This document shows, piece after piece, positions 1 to 8,088 of a stretch of 12,715 nt of DNA. A program made the position numbers and the translations under genes. Below the pieces are notes generated by a model, which was not told the origin of the DNA, did no database searches, and worked only from the letters and a program-made list of their open reading frames with translations. Numbering within the stretch: position 1 is the stretch's first letter; every line of letters begins with the position of its first letter. The DNA is from Oligoflexus sp. GTDB lineage: Bacteria > Bdellovibrionota_B > Oligoflexia > Oligoflexales > Oligoflexaceae. Location: the NCBI GenBank assembly GCA_041736305.1, contig JBGSTX010000054.1, forward strand, positions 1-12,715. The letters are read 5' to 3'.

Positions 1-94
1 AACCCTGAAAAATTCACTGCTCTGCATTACGCCCGCAGTAATCCAAACCCTACATAATTAGCCAGTCTGCGCACGGTTATGCAAAATTGAAATT

Positions 95-113
95 GGGGTG
101 GCTTGGCCGCCCC
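95..113 (+). terminator. Possible intrinsic terminator hairpin
   Basis: GGGGTGGC-TTG-GCCGCCCC is an 8-bp stem with one G-U pair on the + strand, followed by only a weak pyrimidine tail (TTCCT). It lies just after a + frame that stops at TAA 55-57. Confidence 0.35.
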
Positions 114-162
114 TTCCTACCCCCGTACATAGACTGCTTACTGTGCATCCATTCCCGACTAA

Positions 163-495
163 CTATAAGCGCCCCAGCAACCTACGCTTAGACGCGACTC
201 TTGCCTGATTGTATCCTGCTTTTATCACCCGCCGCTGGTGATCAAAATGCAACTGTCCGATCCTCTTCATAGCCCCAAAGCCTGACCCAATATGCGTCAC
301 GTACTTTCCGGCATTCGGAACGAAGGCTATTTTGCCAGCGATGGATGAGACTGTGGCCTCGCGGATGGCCTCGTTATCTCCGAAGAGAGAGTCGAGCTGC
401 GGGTTCAGAACCTTGGTACAAGTAGGGCAGTTTTTCTGTTCGGGTTTATTAGAATAACGAACACCAGCACCATCACTGTAGCGGCGATCGTGCAA
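163..495 (-). CDS. Hypothetical protein (doubtful; contains CPTC)
   Basis: 110-aa ORF downstream of ccoG on the same strand. It has a TTG start and no recognisable family motif. It lacks the N-terminal TM helix expected of FixH/CcoH. Confidence 0.2.
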   Translation of the reverse strand: MHDRRYSDGAGVRYSNKPEQKNCPTCTKVLNPQLDSLFGDNEAIREATVSSIAGKIAFVPNAGKYVTHIGSGFGAMKRIGQLHFDHQRRVIKAGYNQARVASKRRLLGRL

Positions 496-527
496 GATTC
501 TGTATCTGCCGCTCCATAGAGGCTCTT

Positions 528-1901
528 CTACAGAGTTCCGCGGGACAGAAGGGGCAGGTCCAAGGGCTTTTCTGAGCCTTTGATGAAGAGCTGCACGCTG
601 CCCTTAATCTTTTGCTGATTAAAAAATACGACGAGATTGCCGCTGAGCTCTTGATTAGGCTCAACACTTTGACCACAGAGGGAGCAGATCAAGTCTATGC
701 TAGCGGGTACAATCAGCTGGAAAGTTTCTTTGGTATGGCCTTGGTTTACTACCCGCACCGAGAAGTAGTTGGCGGTTCTGTCTGGAGAAAGTTCAACGAA
801 AGTACTCGCGGGTTGCCTGAGAACGGTGGCTTTCAGTGAGTCCCGTCGAGCTACAAGGAAGATGACAAGGCCCACATTACAAAGCAGCAAGATCAGATAG
901 AAGAACGGCCTCAGTCGGAGTTTCCGCGTCTTGGCTTTTCCCTGTAGTTCCATTTCCGAAGTCGGCCGGATCAAGCCCAAAGGCCTCTTCAGTCCATTCA
1001 TGATCGAATCGCAGGCATCTGCGCAGCGCATACATTGGATACACTCAAGCTGCAGACCCTGACGAATATCGATCCCCGTAGGGCATACGCGGACACAGAG
1101 ACCGCAATCGATGCAGTCTCCACGAGCACCCTTTCTGCCGCGCGGCTCGCCCCTGTTGTAGTCATAAGCAACTGTAGGCGTTGCAGCACTTATCATTACA
1201 GATTGAAAGCGCGCATAGGGACAGAGGAACGAGCAGAACTGCTCGCGAAACCAAACCAGATCAAAGTAAAGAGCGCCGAAGACGAGGCCCATGAACAGAA
1301 AAGCTTCGGTATGCTCCAGAGGCGAGCTTTTGACCCATTTCAAGAGCGTCTGGGGGGCAATAAAATAAGTAAGAAACGCGTTACTGACGAGGAGGATGAT
1401 CAGTGCAAAGACCGCATGCTTCATTGTCTTGCGGACAAAGAGCCCGGGCGTCATGCGCTTTTGGTCATTCTTTCGTCTTTTCAGGGCTGGGCCTTCAAAA
1501 AACTCTTCTACCGGTCTGATCAGCCACTCGACAAAAACGGTCTGGGGACAGGCATAGCCACACCAGATACGTCCCCAAAGACTCGTCGCCCAGGCCAGGA
1601 GCAAGGCTGCAGTGAGGAGCACAAAGACGAGATAAAAACCATCCGCGAAGCGAAAGGCCTGACCCATCACGTACACTATGCTCGAGGCAATGTCAAAACG
1701 CAGCAGAGGCAGGCCCTGAATTGTCACAAGAGGTACCAGCAGGTACACGGCGATCAGGAGCAGAGCGACCAAGCGGCGATTTCGAGATCGGCGACCCGAG
1801 CGGCGTTCTGGATAAATCCAACGCCTCTTACCTTGACTGTCGACGGTAGGAGCGCGCAGATCACCCGGATCGAGAGAGCGCGGTGGAATCTGAGGGCTCA
1901 C
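528..1901 (-). CDS. ccoG: Cytochrome c oxidase accessory protein CcoG/FixG (membrane 4Fe-4S protein, cupric reductase family)
   Basis: Motifs GRIWCGYACPQTVF, REQFCSFLCPYARFQS, YDYNRGEPRG, CIDCGLCVRVCPTGIDIR and ECIQCMRCADAC, several TM helices and a C-terminal FixG_C-like region. The GTG start overlaps the ccoP stop (TAGTG). Confidence 0.97.
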   Translation of the reverse strand: MSPQIPPRSLDPGDLRAPTVDSQGKRRWIYPERRSGRRSRNRRLVALLLIAVYLLVPLVTIQGLPLLRFDIASSIVYVMGQAFRFADGFYLVFVLLTAALLLAWATSLWGRIWCGYACPQTVFVEWLIRPVEEFFEGPALKRRKNDQKRMTPGLFVRKTMKHAVFALIILLVSNAFLTYFIAPQTLLKWVKSSPLEHTEAFLFMGLVFGALYFDLVWFREQFCSFLCPYARFQSVMISAATPTVAYDYNRGEPRGRKGARGDCIDCGLCVRVCPTGIDIRQGLQLECIQCMRCADACDSIMNGLKRPLGLIRPTSEMELQGKAKTRKLRLRPFFYLILLLCNVGLVIFLVARRDSLKATVLRQPASTFVELSPDRTANYFSVRVVNQGHTKETFQLIVPASIDLICSLCGQSVEPNQELSGNLVVFFNQQKIKGSVQLFIKGSEKPLDLPLLSRGTL

Positions 1902-2467
1902 TATTTCGCTTCCTCACCCTCAGGGGCCTTGCCGTTCGGAGGATTTGTCCCCTGCAGACTCATGACAAAGGCCGCCACGGCCTCGATTTTATCTATGCCC
2001 AAGATAGTTTCCCAGGCAACCATGCCCTTGGCTGGTACACCCTTGCTTATCACATTCACGATATCCCCTGGCGTAGAGCCGTTCAGCCAGAATTTGTCGG
2101 CGAGGTTTGGCCCCACGACACCTTCTCCGGCAGCGCCATGGCAAGGAGAGCAGTTGAGAGAAAATACTTCTTTGCCGCTCGCAATCAGCTGAGGATCCTT
2201 AGCTCGCTCGTCGAAGCTGGCTGCCGCAGCCCCCTGCAAACTCGCTCGCTTCGTCCGGAGCTCAGCATAGCGATCTTGATCGCGTTTCAACTCAGTTTCG
2301 AGAGTGCTCTTGCCGAGAAGATGGACCCAGAAGAGATAAACGACTCCGAAAATTATCGTGGCGTAGAACATCGCTACCCACCAGGACGGCATGGGGTTGT
2401 CGTATTCTTGAATACCATCGACCACGTAGGGGCGAATGACGTCTTTTTCCTTGTTTTCCTTACTCAT
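1901..2467 (-). CDS. ccoP: cbb3-type cytochrome c oxidase subunit III (monoheme CcoP with FixP N-terminal domain)
   Basis: N-terminal DGIQEYDNPMPSWW signature plus TM helix, one CSPCH heme motif, GPNLADKFW and KGMVAW (Met ligand). Start moved to ATG 2467, which is preceded by an AAAGGA RBS. The longer ORF start at 2548 lies inside ccoQ. Confidence 0.95.
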   Translation of the reverse strand: MSKENKEKDVIRPYVVDGIQEYDNPMPSWWVAMFYATIIFGVVYLFWVHLLGKSTLETELKRDQDRYAELRTKRASLQGAAAASFDERAKDPQLIASGKEVFSLNCSPCHGAAGEGVVGPNLADKFWLNGSTPGDIVNVISKGVPAKGMVAWETILGIDKIEAVAAFVMSLQGTNPPNGKAPEGEEAK

Positions 2468-2639
2468 CGCCCGATCCTTTCGTAACATCAGCTGCGATAC
2501 AGTCATAATAAGTCTTCGATCCAGGTAGGAAGATCCAAATAGTGACAATAAGCATCAAGCCGACAAAGATCAGCAGGGCAAAGGTTTGAAAGTCACCAAA
2601 GTTACCGCTAGCCAGTACTTCCTTAATGAGTGCGTTCAT
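2460..2639 (-). CDS. ccoQ: cbb3-type oxidase small subunit CcoQ/FixQ (59 aa, not in ORF track)
   Basis: Hand translation gives MNALIKEVLASGNFGDFQTFALLIFVGLMLIVTIWIFLPGSKTYYDCIAADVTKGSGDE*, a single TM helix followed by a ..K.YYD.IA tail. The ATG overlaps the ccoNO stop (ATGA) and the stop overlaps the ccoP start. This is the canonical position between ccoO and ccoP. Confidence 0.85.
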   Translation of the reverse strand: MNALIKEVLASGNFGDFQTFALLIFVGLMLIVTIWIFLPGSKTYYDCIAADVTKGSGDE

Positions 2640-4765
2640 TTCGAGGCGGCCTCCATTTTCTTTTGCGGTCGATCGGTTCCAAGCTTCTGAAGATAGGCGA
2701 TCATAGCGATAATCTCTGCGTCCGCACTGACCTCTACACCGTCCTTCTTCAAGGAATCGGCAACGGCATCCGCCTGCGCTCGGTACGCGGCGACTGGATC
2801 CTTAACCGTGCTTGGATCATAGGGAACTCCGAGAGCCACCATAGCGTTGAGCTTAGGTGCGAGCTCCTTCAAGTCGACCTGGGCCTCAAATATCCAGGGG
2901 TAGGCGGGCATGATAGAGCCCGGCGACGTGCTGCGGGGATCTTCCATGTGCCGATAGTGCCAGAGGTTCGGGTATTTTCCACCGACCCGATGCAGGTCAG
3001 GCCCTGTGCGTTTAGAGCCCCACTGAAAGGGGAAGTCGTAAACATATTCAGAGGCCTGAGACGCTGGACCATAACGCAGCTCTTCCTTGTGATAGAATCG
3101 AACGGCCTGAGAGTGGCAGTTGTAGCAGCCCTCGCGGATATAGAGATCGCGGCCATGCAGTTCAAGTGGGGTATAGGGTCTGGTCGTAGACAAAGTAGCC
3201 ACCTGCGTTTCCATCATCATGGCTGGAATGAACTCGGCCAGGCCCCCGATAATAACGGCGACGAGAGCTCCGGCAGAGAGAGCCAGGGCATGGCCTTCCA
3301 AACGTTCATGCCAGGTGCGTGGCTCAACGTGCTGGCCATCCGTCAGGGAAACAGTCTCGGTCTTTACCGTTCCACGCTTACGCGTCATATAAAGATTATA
3401 GAAACAGAGCATGGTCCCCGCGAGATACATGAGACCTCCGACCAGCCGTACCCAGTAGAGAGGCTTGAGGGCCAGGACCGTTTCCATAAACTGGGGATAC
3501 TTCAGCAACCCGTCTTCCGTGGTGCTCATCCACATCAAAGACTGCGTGATGCCAGCGGCCCACATGGAGCAGACATAGAGCAGAATTCCAATGGTTGCGA
3601 TCCAGAAATGCTGATTTGCCATTTTTTTGCTATAGAGCTCGCCGCCCCAGAATCGTGGCGCGAGATAGTAGGCCATGGCGAAGATCATACCGCCGACCCA
3701 GCCTAGAGCTCCGGCATGAACGTGCGCGATAGTCCAGTCGGTATAGTGGGAAACGAGGTTAAACGATTTGATCGAAAGCATGGAACCTTCGAGGGTAGCC
3801 ATCCCATAGAAAGTCAACGAGAGCACAAAGAACTTGAGAACAGGCTCGGTTCTCACGCGGTGCCATTCGCCCCTCATGGTCAGCAGCCCGTTGATCATGC
3901 CGCCCCAGCTAGGAGCCAGTAGCGCCAGGCTAAAGACCATGCCCAAAGACTGAGCCCACTCAGGCAGTGAGGAATAGAGCAAATGGTGGGGTCCAGCCCA
4001 GATGTAAATAAAAATTAGGGACCAGAAGTGAAGTATAGACAGCCGGTACGAGTACACGGGCTTGTTCACAGCTTTAGGCAAGAAGTAGTACATGAGGCCT
4101 AGAAAGGGCGTGGTCAGAAGAAAACCGACCGCGTTATGGCCGTACCACCACTGCACCAGTGCATCCTGGACTCCGGCAAAGATCGAATAGGATTTGCTTG
4201 CACTGACCGGGATTGCGAGATTATTCACAACGTGGAGCATAGCCAGAGTCAGAATCGATGCAACATAAAACCAGATCGCCACATAGAGGTGCTTGACCCG
4301 CCTTATAGCGATCGTTCCAAAAACATTGACCGTCATCAGAATCCAGACGATGGCGATCAGGATATCGAGCCACCATTCCATCTCAGCGTACTCTTTACCC
4401 TGGGTCTGCCCGAGGGCAAGAGTGAGGGCTGTGAGAAGGATAATGGTTTGCCACGCCCAAAAATGAATCCGCGAGAGGCTGTCTGACCACATCCGCGTCT
4501 TGAGTAGGCGTTGAATCGAATAGTACAGTCCAGAAAAGAAGGCGTTCCCGGCAAAGGCGAAAATCATTGCATCGGTGTGGATAGGCCTGATGCGCCCGAA
4601 GGTCAACCACGAGATTCCACCATTGGCTTGCCAGAATGCAAGCTGCAAGGCGGCTATCGCGCCTACGGTCATTCCAATAATGCCCCAAAGAATTGTGGCC
4701 CATAGAAACTGGGCTGGCGTGTGATCGTCATATGTGATCGACCCTTTGTGTATTGCTTCTGACAA
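2636..4765 (-). CDS. ccoN: Fused cbb3-type cytochrome c oxidase subunits I/II (CcoN-CcoO)
   Basis: CcoN motifs TFGRIRPIHT, GKEYAE, QWWYGHNAVGF, WAGPHHL, SHYTDWTIAHVH. CcoO motifs YTPLELHGRDLYIREGCYNCHSQ, WGSKRTGPDL, PGSIMPAYPW. TTG start with a GGGAG RBS. Confidence 0.98.
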   Translation of the reverse strand: MSEAIHKGSITYDDHTPAQFLWATILWGIIGMTVGAIAALQLAFWQANGGISWLTFGRIRPIHTDAMIFAFAGNAFFSGLYYSIQRLLKTRMWSDSLSRIHFWAWQTIILLTALTLALGQTQGKEYAEMEWWLDILIAIVWILMTVNVFGTIAIRRVKHLYVAIWFYVASILTLAMLHVVNNLAIPVSASKSYSIFAGVQDALVQWWYGHNAVGFLLTTPFLGLMYYFLPKAVNKPVYSYRLSILHFWSLIFIYIWAGPHHLLYSSLPEWAQSLGMVFSLALLAPSWGGMINGLLTMRGEWHRVRTEPVLKFFVLSLTFYGMATLEGSMLSIKSFNLVSHYTDWTIAHVHAGALGWVGGMIFAMAYYLAPRFWGGELYSKKMANQHFWIATIGILLYVCSMWAAGITQSLMWMSTTEDGLLKYPQFMETVLALKPLYWVRLVGGLMYLAGTMLCFYNLYMTRKRGTVKTETVSLTDGQHVEPRTWHERLEGHALALSAGALVAVIIGGLAEFIPAMMMETQVATLSTTRPYTPLELHGRDLYIREGCYNCHSQAVRFYHKEELRYGPASQASEYVYDFPFQWGSKRTGPDLHRVGGKYPNLWHYRHMEDPRSTSPGSIMPAYPWIFEAQVDLKELAPKLNAMVALGVPYDPSTVKDPVAAYRAQADAVADSLKKDGVEVSADAEIIAMIAYLQKLGTDRPQKKMEAASK

Positions 4766-4812
4766 CGATGGTACTCCCGAGTGAAACTTTGTCCAAAAAA
4801 TATCTAGAGAAT

Positions 4813-4965
4813 TCAGAGCTCGCTTTGTGAATCGTCCAAAAGCACTTGCTGTGCAGGACTCTCGAGATCATCAAACTGACCGTTAGAGTTGGCCCAGAGA
4901 AAGGCGAGCAAGCCACAGCTAGCCATAAACATACTGATGCCCATGAGAAGAAAGATAATTTCCAT
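4813..4965 (-). CDS. ccoS: cbb3-type oxidase assembly protein CcoS/FixS (50 aa, not in ORF track)
   Basis: Hand translation gives MEIIFLLMGISMFMASCGLLAFLWANSNGQFDDLESPAQQVLLDDSQSEL*, with the classic FLWA..GQFDDLE.PA..L.DD signature. The ATG overlaps the ccoI stop (TGATG). Confidence 0.93.
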   Translation of the reverse strand: MEIIFLLMGISMFMASCGLLAFLWANSNGQFDDLESPAQQVLLDDSQSEL

Positions 4966-7358
4966 CAGACGATGCCTTTGAGTTGAAAGCGTTGCGAGCT
5001 AAGAAAGACTGTAATCGAGCTGAACGGCATCAGAACTGCTGCCATTACCGGGGTGACGAGACCCGTGAGCGCCAGGCTCATCGCGATCGAATTAAAAGCA
5101 AGTGCCAGAGCAAAGCAGCGCTTCATCACCTTTCTCGCTTCAGCCGAGAGAGCTATCGCCGTCAACAAGGGGCTCAGGCCTTCCCTCTGAAAGCTAATGT
5201 CGGAAGCTTCCTTCATCGCGTCGCTGGCATTAGCCAGAGCGATACCGATAGCGGCGCCTGAGGAGGCTAAAGCATCGTTGATGCCATTGCCAACCATGAC
5301 GGACTGTTCTTTGTGTGCAATACTGAAAAGCTTATCGCTGGGGCTGAGCTCGCTAAAAAGATGCGTATCAGAGATCCCAAGAGCCTGACCGAGCGCCCGC
5401 ACCCGCTCTTTCTTGTCGCCGCTTAGAACCAGAGGTTTTCGGCCGCCCTCGACCAGCTGCCGCAAGCATTCATCCGCTTCGGGGCGAAGCGATTCGTCGA
5501 GCTGAAAGCGGAGGATCTCCTTGCCATCGATCGTCACATATGAATCTGCGTTCGCGGCTCCTGGCGATTCTGAGCCGAAGCAAAAGCCTACACGTCCAAT
5601 GCGTAGCGCAGAAGTTCCCCATTCAAAGCTGAGACCCTGACCAAAGATCTCTTTCACGTTCCGAATAGGGAATTTTCCAATGCTCGGAACTCCATCAAGA
5701 GCCCATGACCCTAGACCCTGAGCGACATGATGCCTAGAAACGAGAGGAAGCTCTCTCAGCAGAGGAAGTATCTCTGTCTTATCAAGCCCGAGTCCCAGGA
5801 GATTTTCGGAGTGCCAGGTTGCGGCCTTCACCCTGCCTTCATCCTGAGTCAGCGTGCCGGTCTTATCGAAGTAGAAAAATTTCGCGAGACTAAGACGTTC
5901 CAGAGAATTCTGACTCCGGAATACGATGCCTCTTTTAAGACCCAGCTGGAAGGCGCGTGCAATAACTAAAGGAGCGCCGAATCCAAAAATGCAAGGGCAG
6001 GCGACCAGGAGAACCGCTGCAAATCGCCGAAATCCTTCTTCCGGATTACTTGGTAGAAACCAAAGACCTACTCCGAAGGCAGCACCTAGGACCAGAACCA
6101 CAAAGAACCTAGCCATTTTTTCTGAAAGGCTGAGAAAGCGCCCCTTTTCTTGGTAGAGGGCACGGGATGCGGACTGCAGGTGCAGGAGAAAGCTCTGAGT
6201 GCCGTCTTCCAGAGCTTCGAGAGTCAGGGGTCGCGAGCCGTTCATCGCACCAGCGCTGATGAGTTCGCCTTGATTGACCCCTTCGCTCACGGACTCCCCG
6301 CGGAGTAAACCGTAACTGATGTCTGCGCCTAGGCTGGCGAGGCGACCTTTCAGGGGAATAATTTCGCCAGGAAGGACAGAAATCTTCTCGAACATTCGCA
6401 CGCTCGTCAGGGGGACCATCTTGGGTCCGGCTGCTGTCTCGAGTCGAACAAAATGGGCGTCGCCTTCGAGAAACTTGGCCTGCTCGCGGAGAATATGCTC
6501 GAGCGCCCTAGTCTGTACAAAGCGGCCGCTTAAGACTAAAGCTACGACCGCTGTCATGGAGTCAAAATAAACGTGAGCAGCGCCTTGCAGGGCATTCATA
6601 AGGCTATAGCCGAAGCCCACCAGGAGAGCGAGTCCGATTGGAAAGTCTAAATGGACTTTGCCCTGCTTGAGACTCATGACCGCATTTTTGAGAAAGGGCC
6701 AGCCCGAATAAAAGATCGCGATGCCCGCGAGTACCGCCGACAAAGCTCGAAAGACCTGGCGAAACGAAGGAGCGAGAGACTGGCTATCCAGGTACTCAGG
6801 GAAGGCAAGCATCATGACGTTCATAAGACAAAAAAAAGCGACACCGATGCGGTTCAGCTCAGACCCTTTTCCGGATCGGGAGCTTCGATTCGGGGTAACC
6901 CCGTAGCCTAGCGACTCATAAGTCTTGACGAACTCCGAGAGTGGCTTCGCACCCTTCGGTAGAAGAAGGCTCGCTTCGCCTGTAGCCATATTGATGGAAA
7001 GGCTGCAGCGAGCATCAATTTTCTTAGTAACTTGCTCACAGACCCAGACGCACGCATAGCAGCTCATGTCGTTCAAATAAAAATGAATCTGCTTGGTCTC
7101 TTCTTTGCTCTCCTCAGCAAACCCTTTTTGAAAGGCTTCTGTATCAAAGAGCGAATAATCTGCACGTTGAATAGCTGCAGCGTGTAGAGCATAATCCTTC
7201 GATGGCACTAGCTCGTAAAAGTGGTCGAGCTCCATCTTTCGAATCAGAGTATGGGCTGTCTTGCAGCCATGACAGCAGTACCTATCCGAGGAAGACTGTG
7301 GTATCGGACTTCCGCAATGCAAGCAGATTATCGGTGAGGGATTTAGATTTTGGAACAT
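4965..7358 (-). CDS. ccoI: Heavy-metal (Cu) P1B-type ATPase CcoI/FixI
   Basis: N-terminal CLHCG...CCHGC domain, HMA-like MSCYAC, YFDS, ACPC in the TM region, phosphorylation motif FDKTGTLT, LSGD, and MPFSS. Start is uncertain: ATG 7358 is the last before the Cys domain, and 7373/7379/7382 are also possible. Confidence 0.93.
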   Translation of the reverse strand: MFQNLNPSPIICLHCGSPIPQSSSDRYCCHGCKTAHTLIRKMELDHFYELVPSKDYALHAAAIQRADYSLFDTEAFQKGFAEESKEETKQIHFYLNDMSCYACVWVCEQVTKKIDARCSLSINMATGEASLLLPKGAKPLSEFVKTYESLGYGVTPNRSSRSGKGSELNRIGVAFFCLMNVMMLAFPEYLDSQSLAPSFRQVFRALSAVLAGIAIFYSGWPFLKNAVMSLKQGKVHLDFPIGLALLVGFGYSLMNALQGAAHVYFDSMTAVVALVLSGRFVQTRALEHILREQAKFLEGDAHFVRLETAAGPKMVPLTSVRMFEKISVLPGEIIPLKGRLASLGADISYGLLRGESVSEGVNQGELISAGAMNGSRPLTLEALEDGTQSFLLHLQSASRALYQEKGRFLSLSEKMARFFVVLVLGAAFGVGLWFLPSNPEEGFRRFAAVLLVACPCIFGFGAPLVIARAFQLGLKRGIVFRSQNSLERLSLAKFFYFDKTGTLTQDEGRVKAATWHSENLLGLGLDKTEILPLLRELPLVSRHHVAQGLGSWALDGVPSIGKFPIRNVKEIFGQGLSFEWGTSALRIGRVGFCFGSESPGAANADSYVTIDGKEILRFQLDESLRPEADECLRQLVEGGRKPLVLSGDKKERVRALGQALGISDTHLFSELSPSDKLFSIAHKEQSVMVGNGINDALASSGAAIGIALANASDAMKEASDISFQREGLSPLLTAIALSAEARKVMKRCFALALAFNSIAMSLALTGLVTPVMAAVLMPFSSITVFLSSQRFQLKGIV

Positions 7359-8060
7359 ACTGCTCACTTGCATCACCATCATCTAGAAATTTTGCCGGCT
7401 TCACCAAATGCCTTTGAGTGGGCCGGTTTTGCAGCCATCTTCTCGTACAGTTTTCTTGTGTCGTTTCACTGCTTCGGGATGTGCGGCCCACTCGCTTGCT
7501 CGATCCTAAGTAGGAGCCGAATAAGCCTCTTTAAAAGCTCTATCCTCTATCAGCTCGGACGCCTTTTTTCATACTGCGGAGCGGGAGCTTTAGCAGGGCT
7601 TCTGGCAGCCTCACTCTCAGATCTATGGCCGATCATCACAAAGAGCATCAGCGTCATCTTTGGAGCTCTGATCTGCCTCTGGTCATTGAGCGTGTTCTTC
7701 AACTTAGAGAAACGCTGGCCCCGGATGCCGGGGAAGGGTCTCTTGCTGCGAGGGCAGACCTTCTTAAGCTCGCTCCCGGCTCCGCTGTCTCCGTTCTTAC
7801 TTGGGCTCGTGACGATACTTCTCCCCTGCATGACTCTTCACCCCTTGCTCTTCATGAGCGCCGCACATCAAGACGCTACAGGAGGGGCGATGACCATGCT
7901 CGCGTTCTACGTAGGAACTTTGCCTGCTATGGTATCAGCAACATACGTGCCAACTCTCATTGCCCATCGGGCTGCGCTAAGCCGCTTGGCTCCGCTAGGA
8001 CAAGTCTTCTTATTCATCGCGGGTTTGCTTACGATTGGGCGAACGTGGTTTCATCAATAA
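7350..8060 (+). CDS. DsbD_2 / 'sulfite exporter TauE/SafE-like' membrane protein associated with cbb3 maturation
   Basis: Motifs SFHCFGMCGP, YQLGRLFSY, LLPC and MLAF..GTLPA, about 6 TM helices and a His-rich N-terminus. TTG start with GAGGG upstream; alternative TTGs at 7368 and 7392. Confidence 0.9.
   Translation: MEHTAHLHHHHLEILPASPNAFEWAGFAAIFSYSFLVSFHCFGMCGPLACSILSRSRISLFKSSILYQLGRLFSYCGAGALAGLLAASLSDLWPIITKSISVIFGALICLWSLSVFFNLEKRWPRMPGKGLLLRGQTFLSSLPAPLSPFLLGLVTILLPCMTLHPLLFMSAAHQDATGGAMTMLAFYVGTLPAMVSATYVPTLIAHRAALSRLAPLGQVFLFIAGLLTIGRTWFHQ
7937..7952 (-). promoter_or_regulatory. Putative sigma-54 (-24/-12) promoter inside the antisense DsbD_2 gene, oriented toward ccoI
   Basis: The reverse complement reads TGGCACGTATGTTGCT, an exact match to the TGGCACG-N4-TTGCW consensus. 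Confidence 0.6.
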
Positions 8061-8065
8061 GCTTC

Positions 8066-8079
8066 CCCAGCAGGCTGGG
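8066..8079 (+). terminator. Short hairpin after DsbD_2 gene (weak terminator candidate)
   Basis: CCCAG-CAGG-CTGGG begins 5 nt after the stop codon and has a poor U-tract. Confidence 0.25.
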
Positions 8080-8088
8080 ACCTACTTT

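Noticed and set aside
1035-2192. 385-aa + strand ORF (also 1883..2485)
   Set aside because: Antisense shadow of ccoG/ccoP with no motifs or RBS.
2468-2548. N-terminal extension of ccoP in the ORF track
   Set aside because: It overlaps ccoQ in another frame, and the RBS supports ATG 2467.
2630-3706. 358-aa + strand ORF
   Set aside because: Antisense shadow of the highly conserved ccoNO, with no recognisable domain.
4728-4916. 62-aa - strand ORF
   Set aside because: Wrong frame. The real gene here is ccoS (4813..4965).
7203-7218. TGGCAC on the + strand upstream of the DsbD_2 gene
   Set aside because: No TTGC at the -12 position (reads CGTAA), so it is not a sigma-54 promoter.
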